Positions 19,032-29,300 of a stretch of 64,000 bases of DNA are shown piece after piece. The first letter of the stretch is position 1. Every line of letters starts with the position of its first letter. Source of the DNA: a virus (taxonomy: Duplodnaviria > Caudoviricetes). Position numbers and translations under genes: made by a program. The DNA is taken from the IMG/VR virus record IMGVR_UViG_2728369500_000003, positions 9,917 through 73,916 of that record, one strand, 5' to 3'. The notes under the pieces are model-generated. The model saw only the letters and a list, made by a program, of their open reading frames with translations. It was not told the DNA's origin and did not search any database.

Positions 19032-20411
19032 ATGGATACAACGAATATTAAAAATAAGATCAACCTAAACATCAAAGACAATCAGGCCAGAGAAATTACC
19101 GCTGAAAAAGTCAGGGAGGTGCTGTATTATATCGTGGATGAGTTTAATGATAACTTTGTCGATGAAAAAGGCATTGATGGAAAACTCGATAAAACGACCG
19201 AGACCGTTTCAGGTCCTGATACCGTTTTTAAGTATGCCTATATTCTTGACCAGGATAATAATGTCAGAAGAATGTTTGCCGGTGATCTGGGGAAAAATGT
19301 TGCCAATTCGGCATTGACATCAATTGCCGGAGCCGGATTGACTCTAGGCGCCAACTGGACCATTAATACAGCAGGATTCTATTATTACCTCAAAAATTTG
19401 CCCGATAAATCAACAGATTCCACATTTGTAAGAATGAGAGTCCAGGATTCAACAGGCCAGGAAGCATGGAGTAACGGGAAAAATATCGTCTTACGTTTTC
19501 CCTCACTGGCAACCGATGCCGAAAAAACGACCTTTAGAAATGGACTGAAATTATCAACTGAAAATTTCTCTACAGGGACCCCAAGAATTGATGTCCTACT
19601 CCTTCCTTTTATTGACAATACAAAGAACTTCATTCAATATACAACACTCGTAGGAGTCAATCTATTTGTGGATAATATTACCCCAAACGCCTACATCAAA
19701 ATTAAAAGAATCAAGGATATTAACGGTACAATTCTTCCAGCACCTGAAACCTATGATGTCGATAATTTCACTGTACTGCAGAATTTCCCCAATAACCTGA
19801 ATTTTGGAATCAACTGGAAAACAAAGCCAGAAGGATATTACCAGGTTTTTGTAACCCATAACAATATGACAAACGCAAGCTCCCCGGAATTAATCGTAAA
19901 AGAAGGATTAACTTACAGCCAGTTTACAGGCATTGCGAACTGGCAGAAAGCTTCAGGAGGGGATTCTTCCGTAAATGACACAGCCATTTCATCTGGATCT
20001 CAAAACACCCTCTATTACTCCGATAACTTAATAAATACCGCCGAAGTAAATGCAGGTTTTATGGCCTCATTTTCTTTAAATAATCAATTAACCAACTATG
20101 GAGCCAACTTCGTTAACTTTTGGAGATGCGGGTTAATTGGCAACGGGGATAGCGTATTCTATGGAGTTCAGTACTACGATGGCGGCGGAATAGGCATGTT
20201 ACCTGGCACTACATTGGCCATAAGAAACGATACTTTTCATATTGCCTATTATAATGGAGTCGTATATGTCATCGCCGAAGGAAATGGCAAAACGTATCAA
20301 CAGTTTAACAGTACTTACAATTTATACCCGAAAAGGTTTGTTTTCCAATTAGGTGGAGGAGGACAAGGCTCTATCAGTATGCAGGTACTAGGAAAAATTC
20401 TATTATCTTAA
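19032..20411 (+). CDS. Putative virion structural / receptor-binding protein
   Basis: After the tail fibre; beta-rich Gly/Asn/Thr composition; conserved in B. Confidence 0.5.
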   Translation: MDTTNIKNKINLNIKDNQAREITAEKVREVLYYIVDEFNDNFVDEKGIDGKLDKTTETVSGPDTVFKYAYILDQDNNVRRMFAGDLGKNVANSALTSIAGAGLTLGANWTINTAGFYYYLKNLPDKSTDSTFVRMRVQDSTGQEAWSNGKNIVLRFPSLATDAEKTTFRNGLKLSTENFSTGTPRIDVLLLPFIDNTKNFIQYTTLVGVNLFVDNITPNAYIKIKRIKDINGTILPAPETYDVDNFTVLQNFPNNLNFGINWKTKPEGYYQVFVTHNNMTNASSPELIVKEGLTYSQFTGIANWQKASGGDSSVNDTAISSGSQNTLYYSDNLINTAEVNAGFMASFSLNNQLTNYGANFVNFWRCGLIGNGDSVFYGVQYYDGGGIGMLPGTTLAIRNDTFHIAYYNGVVYVIAEGNGKTYQQFNSTYNLYPKRFVFQLGGGGQGSISMQVLGKILLS

Positions 20412-20657
20412 AAATTAAAAGCATGAACGAAAATTTAAACATACCCGAAAATATTCAAAAAATTACCTTTTTTGTAATCAGTTTGTTCTGCACATTAGGT
20501 AAATATCTTATAAAGTGGGATTATAAGCTTACTACATTATATGCTATTCTAACAAGTAACAATCTTGTTTTTGACCGTTTTTTCCACATATGCCCGAAAA
20601 GCTGAACAAAAACTTCAAAAGAAGCTAATATATTAATCTTTTAATACAATAATCACA

Positions 20658-21491
20658 ATGAAAAATTATACTCAGGCTCCTTTGCCTTTTCAGGGACAGA
20701 AAAGAAAATTTTTAAAACACTTTAAAGAAGCTTTAAAAGAATTCTCACCCAATGCTACCTATGTAGATTTATTTGGTGGATCGGGACTGCTCAGCCATAC
20801 TGTGAAAAATTTCTATCCGGATGCAACGGTTATTTATAATGATTTTGATAATTACACATTACGCATTGAGAATATTGATAACACCAATACTTTACTGGCT
20901 GATATTCGGGCAATCTGTTCTAAAAATACCAATAGAAAAGACAAAGAAAGACTAAGTGATAGTCTTTGTCGTGAAATTATTGAAAGAATAAGCCATGAGC
21001 AAGGTTTTATCGACTGGGTGACCATATCATCATCTTTACTGTTCTCCATGAATTATGTGACAAACTTTGACCAGCTGAAAAAAGAAACATTCTATAATAA
21101 GGTCAGATTAAGTGATTATAACGCAGAGGGCTATCTTGAAGGGGTAAACACAACTAAAAAAGATTATCGTGATTTATTTGCCGATTATAGAAATAATACA
21201 GATGTAGTCTTTTTGGTTGATCCTCCCTATCTATCAACAGATACCACAACATACAACCGTAATGATTATTGGAAATTGTCAGACTATCTCAATGTACTCA
21301 AGACTATTGAAGATACATCTTACTTCTATTTTACAAGCAATAAAAGCCAAATTACAGAGCTTTGCGAGTGGATGCAGCAGCATGGATACTGCAGAAGTCC
21401 TTTTGATGGAGCTAAAACCATAACCGTAGGAACACAGCTGACTTACAATGCTGCTTACAATGATATAATGATCTATAGAAATATTTTTTAA
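20658..21491 (+). CDS. Orphan DNA adenine methyltransferase (Dam/D12 class)
   Basis: PLPFQGQK, VDLFGGSG (motif I), LVDPPY (motif IV). Confidence 0.88.
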   Translation: MKNYTQAPLPFQGQKRKFLKHFKEALKEFSPNATYVDLFGGSGLLSHTVKNFYPDATVIYNDFDNYTLRIENIDNTNTLLADIRAICSKNTNRKDKERLSDSLCREIIERISHEQGFIDWVTISSSLLFSMNYVTNFDQLKKETFYNKVRLSDYNAEGYLEGVNTTKKDYRDLFADYRNNTDVVFLVDPPYLSTDTTTYNRNDYWKLSDYLNVLKTIEDTSYFYFTSNKSQITELCEWMQQHGYCRSPFDGAKTITVGTQLTYNAAYNDIMIYRNIF

Positions 21492-21512
21492 ACAGTATTT
21501 CAATTCTCTTTT

Positions 21513-21535
21513 AAAGCATCCCAAATGGATGCTTT
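21513..21535 (+). terminator. Intrinsic terminator after the methylase
   Basis: AAAGCATCC-caaat-GGATGCTTT followed by T/A-rich tract. Confidence 0.65.
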
Positions 21536-21656
21536 TATTATATATAGAAACAACAAACATAACAATAAAGCCGGATCGGTATTTCACGTTTTTGTTTGGC
21601 CAATTAGAAGTTCAAAAAATATCTCTATATTAGCACCCATAATTTTTACGAAACAA

Positions 21657-21800
21657 GCGTAAGCTATCATTTGGGATAAAGAAAACCGCGAATTTTCTAA
21701 AACAGTTCTAAAAATGATAGGCTTACGCCCTCGTACCTATATGGGCGTGAGGGCTGTAAGTCATATCTGAACTGTTGGGTTCTTCGCGGTACCTCTTTAT
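21657..21800 (+). ncRNA. Putative structured RNA leader (long imperfect hairpin with alternative pairing)
   Basis: Nested stems ATAAAGA/TCTTTAT, ACCGCGAA/TTCGCGGT, AACAGTTC/GAACTGTT, CTTAC/GTAAG, GCCCTC/GAGGGC; 21657-21672 can instead pair with 21712-21728. Confidence 0.45.
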
Positions 21801-21990
21801 CGGATTGGCTTCAGTATCACGCCTTTCTTATTTTAATGTGATTTTTATCATGTGTAAGAAAATACGTCACGGTTTGTCGCCGTGTCGTGATAGCTTTGCA
21901 TTAGAACGGCTGAAAACACATAAATAATAAGGTTAAGAATGTTCATGCTAAATCTATAAAACAACTCTTTATCTTGTGAACAAAAAAATA

Positions 21991-21998
21991 TACTTTTG
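21991..21998 (+). promoter_or_regulatory. Bacteroidetes -7 box (TACTTTTG) for the Rhs operon
   Basis: TAnnTTTG ~40 nt upstream of ATG 22039, TTG upstream at ~21974. Confidence 0.55.
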
Positions 21999-22038
21999 CA
22001 GGAAAGTTAAAACATAAATATTTAATACATATATAATT

Positions 22039-22872
22039 ATGAAAGTACAATTATTTTCGATTGCACTATTAGTGTCATCATTTTCATTCGCCCAAAGCTG
22101 GAATACTACTGGGAATTCAGGGACTAATCCATCCAATAATTTTATTGGAACTACAGACAACCAACCTCTGGTTTTTAAAACGAACAATACAAAAGTGATG
22201 AACATTCTTCCAAATGGAGTAATAAATGTAGGAACTAATGATCCGGGAGGTAGTGGTGAGGCTTATTTCAGAATCTATAAGGAAGACAATCTGGCTTTTG
22301 AGATCGCTAATTCATTGGGATCATTCCAGATCGGAAAATCGGGCTGTTCAGGCTGTTGGGGTGGACAAATCGGAGATACAGTTCTTAGAAACTTAGGAAA
22401 AAGCCACAATATCATTATCGCTCAACCTAATGATGGTAATGATGGCTCTACCTATTTCGGTATTCAGGATGCTTATAATGGAACCTGGGTAAAGTTTTTC
22501 AATAATGCTATTGCCAGATTTGACGGTAAAATTAAGGCTAAAGAGGTTGAAGTAAAAGCTAATGTATGGGCTGATTATGTCTTTAAAAAAGAATATCAGC
22601 TGAAATCTTTAGAGGAGGTTGAAAAACATATTAATGAAAAAGGGCATTTGCCTAACATTCCCACTGCTCAGCAAGTACTGGAAAACGGAATTAATGTTGC
22701 TGAAATGAATTCTAAGCTGCTTGAGAAGATTGAAGAATTAACATTATATTCTATTGAGCAAAATAAGCAATTAAAGTTCCAGGCAGAAGAAATTAAGATG
22801 TTAAGAAAACAATCCGAAGAGCTTCAGGAACTCAAAAGTCAAGTTCAGCAATTATTATCAACCAAAAAATAA
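22039..22872 (+). CDS. Secreted protein, first gene of the Rhs operon
   Basis: Signal peptide; WNTTGNSGT..FIGTTDNQPL repeat-like N-terminus; WADYVF...HLPNIP...LLEKIEELTLY coiled C-terminus. Confidence 0.75.
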   Translation: MKVQLFSIALLVSSFSFAQSWNTTGNSGTNPSNNFIGTTDNQPLVFKTNNTKVMNILPNGVINVGTNDPGGSGEAYFRIYKEDNLAFEIANSLGSFQIGKSGCSGCWGGQIGDTVLRNLGKSHNIIIAQPNDGNDGSTYFGIQDAYNGTWVKFFNNAIARFDGKIKAKEVEVKANVWADYVFKKEYQLKSLEEVEKHINEKGHLPNIPTAQQVLENGINVAEMNSKLLEKIEELTLYSIEQNKQLKFQAEEIKMLRKQSEELQELKSQVQQLLSTKK

Positions 22873-22878
22873 TCACCA

Positions 22879-23337
22879 ATGAAAAGAAAATTACTATCAC
22901 TTTCATCCCTGATGATAAGCTTCTTCGGGTTTTCCCAAACCGAAGTCTATTTCAAATATGATGAAGCAGGAAATCAAAGATACAGGGGAACTAATATCGC
23001 TGGGAAAATAGCCCAAGAGCCTGTACAAACCGTAGCTAAAACAGCTTCCCCTACTCAAATTATAGATGAAACTTCATTTTGGAAGCAAATTAGACTATAT
23101 CCCGTTCCTGTAAACGACTATCTTACGATAGACTGGAGTGAAGAGGTAGATGGACTCATAGAATCTATTTCACTGTATCAGCATAGTACAGTTCACTGGA
23201 AATTCCAGCAGCAGAATGCGCCTGATCTTAACAAGCAAGTAAAGGTTAACATGATAGGCTATGATTGGGGGGTATACGTTGTACAATTTACCCTAAAAGA
23301 TGGCAGAATTTTTAGTAAAAATATCACCAAACGATAA
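22879..23337 (+). CDS. T9SS C-terminal sorting (type A)-like protein
   Basis: Signal peptide, YDEAGNQRYR, LYPVPV..L.I...GVYVVQFT CTD pattern. Confidence 0.75.
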   Translation: MKRKLLSLSSLMISFFGFSQTEVYFKYDEAGNQRYRGTNIAGKIAQEPVQTVAKTASPTQIIDETSFWKQIRLYPVPVNDYLTIDWSEEVDGLIESISLYQHSTVHWKFQQQNAPDLNKQVKVNMIGYDWGVYVVQFTLKDGRIFSKNITKR

Positions 23338-23342
23338 GAGCC

Positions 23343-26300
23343 ATGAAACGTTACGATAAGAAAATACAACTATTTTCAACAATTATACTGTCACTTTGTT
23401 CGGTATTGGGCTTTTCACAGACCATACTGTATCAAACAGAAAGTACCTCAAGGACGGTTCAAGACCCGCAATCAGTGGTGTTAGCACAAGGATTCTATGC
23501 TTCTTCCAGCTCATCGAATCCCTTTGTTGCTAAGATCGGTCCAGCTACTGAGAATCCGGGAGGTGGACCTGTGGACTCTGGCGCTGGATCAACCAACCCA
23601 TCAGGAACGACAGCACCGGATGGAAAGAGTTTTCATGACACTAAAGGAAATATTGAGGTTAATGGAGCTGGGCAATTGCAATTCACATTACCTATTGCCC
23701 TCCCTCCAGGAGTAAAAAGTGTAGCACCACAGATTAATCTATTGTATACCAGTGGGGCTTCTAATGGAATAGCTGGTTATGGCTGGAATATTTCAGGAAT
23801 TACCTCTATTTCAAGAGCCGGAAAAACAATTGATAAAGACGCAGAAGCTAAAGCAGTACAAATTGATTATTCTGATTATTATAGTTTTAATGGTCAGCGA
23901 TTGATTTTAAAATCTGGAGAATATGGTAAAGATGGTGCAGAATATGTGACAGAGAAATATTCTAATATCAAAATAAAATCTGTCGGAAATAGTTTAAATA
24001 TTTCAGGACCTAACTATTGGGAAGTGACTTTTGAAAATGGTTCTCAAGCTAAATATGAGAAAACATTTTCAACAGGATTTATGGGCGATACTACCCCAGC
24101 ATTGGAGTATAACATCACAAAATGGAAAGATCCTCAAGGGAACTTCATCACATACAACTATGAATATACACCACTTGGTTCCGCGGGTATTAATGGTGGC
24201 GTGTCCAGAATATCCACTATAACATGGGGAGGAAATGAAACATTAAACAAACCTCATTATAACAGCATTGAATTTACTTATATAGACAGGGACTTGATCG
24301 AACAGTCATATGTACAGGGATTAAAATATACTCAAAATAAACTTTTGTCCGAAATTAAGGTAAGTTACAATGGCAGTCAATTTAAAAAATATGGAATTGA
24401 TTACATTAAAAATGGAACAAATTATCAATCAGTTGATAAGATAACGGAGTACAATGCAGAAAACAAAGCTGCTAATCCGGTAGTTTTTACTTATCCAGCT
24501 CCTACCCAGCCTGTTTTAGAGTTTTCAGATAATAATGTAGATAGCTTTGAAAACGTAAAGCTGACAGGTGACTTTAATGGTGATGGATATTTGGATTTTT
24601 CAATGAACAATGGTGTAGTGAAGCTTGGAGGATTGAATAATACCTTTACGGATATTTCCACAGGTAAAACCTTTAATACAGAAGCTAAAGTTATCAGTAC
24701 GTTGTTAGATGAAGAAGGACAAATCCATAATGGAAACGGAATTGTTCAATACGAAGGCGGCAAAGTAGTAGGGTACATTTTCAGAGATAATACCTTTGCT
24801 AAAGTATTTGAGAAGGTGGTTTATGTTGATCCAAACTGTACATATCAGGGAGGTGGCGTAGGCTGTAGTATACAAATGGCTTCATTCAATGAAGGAGATA
24901 TTAATGGTGATGGTATTTCGGATGTATTTGTGAAGATCAATAAAAAAATTTGCCAGTTTGAACCAACACCCGGATGTAATGATTTAACAAAAACAACTAT
25001 GTCCACTTCTGATGGTACAATTAACAGACCACCGCCATGTCATGAACTCAATTGTAATACTTATTTGGTAGGGAATTATATTGTTGACTTAAAAAATGCT
25101 GACAATCCTTTATCAACCTATACAGTTGATTCAGGGATCAATGAAAGTTCTTATTACAAGCAGCAATATCTGGATGTAGATGGCGATGGTAAAATAAATA
25201 TTATTGATATTTCCAATACAGCCTATACCGTATTTGAGTTTATAAAAACAGCTCCTAATCAGTATCTTAAGAAGATAAAATTCTCCGGTAATTTAGCTGA
25301 AACAAAAGCACCTGAATTTCCTGTTTTGTTTGGAGACTTTAACGGTGATGGGAACCTTGACTTTACGATCCCAACAACAGATAACAAGGATAAAGATAAC
25401 TGGAGGTTTTATATGGGGACAGGAAAAGGATTTTCCAATATCTTAAAAACTGACTTTTTGAAATACAGAAAACCTAATGACTATCAAAACAGTAATTACC
25501 CTACTTTTAATATTTACCAGCATGTATATTCGGTATCAGACATCAATAAAGACGGGAAATCGGATATTGTACATATACTGCCCTATAATAAAGCAGGTGT
25601 AGTAAATTCAAGTGGACTTATACTGAATAGATATTACGGCTATACTATTGACACTTATACATCTAATGGAGCTACGGCCAATGGAAGTCCTGATTTTTAT
25701 ACAAGCTATACATATAACGGCTCTAATTATGTAACAGGTACCAGTGAATTTGCTTTATTCTCTCCTATCACATCACAGGTAAAAATCAACAACAACTATT
25801 ATGATGTACTATTATTCTGGAAAGAGAGAATGCACAAGCTTAAATCACCTTCTTCTGCTGGAAAGCTGTCTCAAGTGCAAACTATTACTCAGGGAGGGAT
25901 TACTACATCAGCAGATTATTTAGAGGTAATCCCGAATAATCCTCTTAACCCTAATTTTTATCAAAAGGTTAAAAAAGAATATTATCCTTATTTTTCTTTA
26001 AGCAGGGTTGACCAATCCTATGCTGTATCTCAACTTAGACAAGAAGGCAGAAAGCAGGATTTTCGATACAGAGGGATGACCGGACATATGCATGGAAAAG
26101 GGATGATGGGCTATTATCAATCTGCCCGCAGTTCATGGTATGCAGACGGTTTTGAAAATACGAAAATCTGGTCAGCAGTAGAAATAGATCCTCTTTTTGA
26201 TGGGCTTCCGGTGAAAGAATGGAGTATCTCGACCAACGACGAATCAAAAATATTCCCTGCTGATATTTCTGAGAACAACACCCAGCTATTAAGTTTCAAA

Positions 26301-29300
26301 TCTACTATTTACCAAACAGATAAATTATTAAACGGACAAATCGTAACAGGCATAATTGCTGATGCTGATAAGCCAAAGGTGATAACTGCTACTGTTCCCA
26401 AAAGTACTAAAACAAAGGATTTCCTGAATGATACATTAACAAACGCTTCTATTACTTATGGGGATTATTATCTTCCAAAGCAAAGTGTATCGAATGTTAA
26501 TAATGGATATGCAATAACAACTTCTAATTTTGAATATATTCATAATACATCAGGAATTGCGGCAGATTACTTTGTAGGTCGTCCTCAATCTAAAACTGAT
26601 CAAATCTCAGCTTACGGAGATACCAAATCCGCAAAAGAAGAATATACTTATGAGAGTAATCTCTTAAAAACACAGAAAACCTGGAACAGAGATAATACCG
26701 GATATTTACTGGAAACTTATAGTTACGATGGTTTTGGAAATATTACCGGAAAAATAACTAGCAATAGTATTGATTCCCAAATTCAGACAGAAGCAAGCGT
26801 ATATGATCCGAAAGGGAGATTTGTTGTAAAGAAAACAGATAACTTAGGATTAGAAACAGGTATTGAGTATAATGACTGGGGGCAGATCAAAAAGCAAACT
26901 GATCCGTTAGGAAATATCCTTACCAATACCTACGATGCATGGGGTAAAATCCTTACCTCCAAAACAAATCTTGGAGGAACGACTACCTATCAATATAATA
27001 GAGATAACAATTCTAATATCACTGTTACACAGTATAATCCGGATGGAGATATTTCAAAAAAATATACCAATAAGCTAGGACAGGAATATAAAGTCTCTAC
27101 GAAGGCATTTGGACAGGGACAATTTGTTTCTAAAGAAACCCAGTATGACATACTGGGAAGAAAAATTAGGGAATCCGAGCATTATTTTGAAGGACAAAGT
27201 GCTTCTGGATGGAATACCATTACTTATGATGACTCTGTTTTCCCTATCACCAAAGCAACCGCTACATCATTCAATGGTAAGCAGATGGAAACTACTGTCT
27301 CAGGCTTGACCACAATTGTCAAAGAACTTAACGGTTATGGAAGAACTACTTCCAAAAACACTGATGCTTTAGGAAATGTAGTTTCTTCAACGGACAAAGG
27401 AGGAACGATTACCTTCTTCTATAATGCAGCCGGAGAGCAAATCAAAGCACAGTATGCAGAAAATATTGTCACCACAAAATATGATTCCTGGGGAAGAAAA
27501 TTAGAATTTAATGATCCTTCCAACGGATTGTACAAATATGAATATGACGGATTCGGACAACCGAAGAAGATCATAAGTCCGAAAGGAACAAAAGAATATA
27601 TGTATAATAATCTGGGACAGTTGGTTGCTCAGACGGAAATTTCAACTATAGACGGAGGGCAGGCTACCAACAAAACAATTTCTTTTACTTATGATAATAA
27701 AGGAAGGTTAGTTTCAAAAGATGGAACATCTAAAGGAAAAGCTTACAGTTCAAATGTGTCTTATGATCAACAAGGAAGAGTATTATCATCCTCAGAAAGC
27801 AGTAACGGAAAATACTTTATCCAGAAAGGAATTACCTATGATGATAAAGGAAGGGTAATTTCTTATGAAAAGCAGCTCTATTCTTCCGGTGCTCTTACTA
27901 AAGTTCAGATTGAGAATCTGTACAGCGCCTGGAGTGGTGAACTGTATCAGGTAAAAGACAAAAACTCTGGTAAAATCCTATGGGAATTGACAGAAGCCAA
28001 TGCCAAAGGGCAAGTGCTGAAAGCAAAATTAGGTGCGGCTAACATTAATAATACATACGATGATAATGGTTTCCTTACGAATGTGAATCACTCTTCGGCA
28101 CTAAAACCAGGTATTCTCCAACTCTCTTATTCATTCAATGCTATAAAAAATGAACTCAAGAGTAGAACAACAGGTGGAGACTTTAATATTGTTGAATCTT
28201 TCGATTATGATGATAATAATCGTTTGGTAAACTGGACAAATCCTGTGACAGGGATCAAGCCAACAAGCAACAGAAACGTTTATGATGTTAAAGGTAGAAT
28301 CATAGAGAACGACCAAGTGGGAATCATGAAGTATGAGAACTCAGCTAAGATCTACCAGCCAACAGGAATGACTTTGAATGCAGCAGGAACACAAAATTAT
28401 AACAATGATTTAATACAAAGCATTACCTACAATGAGAACAATGACCCTGTATTCATTGATGGAATGAAAGGAGATGTTGCCTTCCAGTATGGACTTACGA
28501 ATATGAGACAAAGAGTTACCTATGGTGGTAATTTCAGTATTGATGGAGATGGTAAGTTCACCAAATTTTACAGTGAAGACGGAAGCTATGAAATCGTAAA
28601 AGATAATACGACCGGAAAAGAAAAGCATATCATTTATATTGGGGGCACACCTTATGAATCCAATATTGTATATTTAAAAAACTTTACAGAGAGCATCGGT
28701 TCTTACAAATTTTTACATAAGGATTATATTGGAAGCATCCTAGCCATCAGCGATGAAGCCGGAAATAAATTAGAGCAGAGACATTTTGATGCATGGGGTA
28801 ATTTCACACACCTCCAGATAGGAAATGGAGTCATTATTACAGATAAAAATATCATTGATAATGCTTCGTTATTAGTAGACAGAGGCTATACAAGCCACGA
28901 ACATTTTGCAGAAGTAGGAATCATCCACATGAATGGTAGATTATATGATCCGTTATTGAGAAGATTCTTAAATGCAGATGAAAATATCCAGGACCCTACA
29001 AATACCCAAAACTATAATAAGTACGGGTATGTGATGAATAATCCCTTGATGTATAATGACCCTAGCGGGGAATTCTGGCAGATTTTTGCAATTCCTATTG
29101 TTAAAGCGTTACTTTTTGCTGTAGTCTCTTACACTGCTACTGTTTTGATTACTGGTGCGAAGTTTAATATTCTTAACTTATATTCTAGCATTGTAATGAG
29201 TTTGATAAGTGCGGGGATAACAACTGTTATAGGGGATGTCTTTTCTACTGCAACTGCAAGTATAGGAAATGAAGCTTTAAAAAGCCTCGTCCATGCAGGT

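Larger units (their letters stand above)
1..21491 (+). repeat. Long diverged direct repeat of 43879-64000 (shared virion module)
   Basis: Gene-for-gene colinearity. Offsets are 43878 (stops at 334/44212), 46127 (capsid ATG 440/46567) and 42509 (chaperone ATG 9373/51882); tube proteins are identical, others diverged. Confidence 0.97.

Noticed and set aside
3675-20411. Tailocin, eCIS or T6SS interpretation of the contractile tail genes
   Set aside because: Capsid genes flank both tail sets, and portal, terminase, replication and integrase genes are present in the same array
18053-20411. Diversity-generating retroelement or invertible tail-fibre system
   Set aside because: No reverse transcriptase or invertase seen, A/B differences are not restricted to adenines, and no inverted fibre segment is present
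20423-20605. 60-aa ORF between the structural gene and the methylase
   Set aside because: The homologous DNA in B (62924-63110) lacks the ATG and has indels, so it is more likely a conserved promoter/leader region
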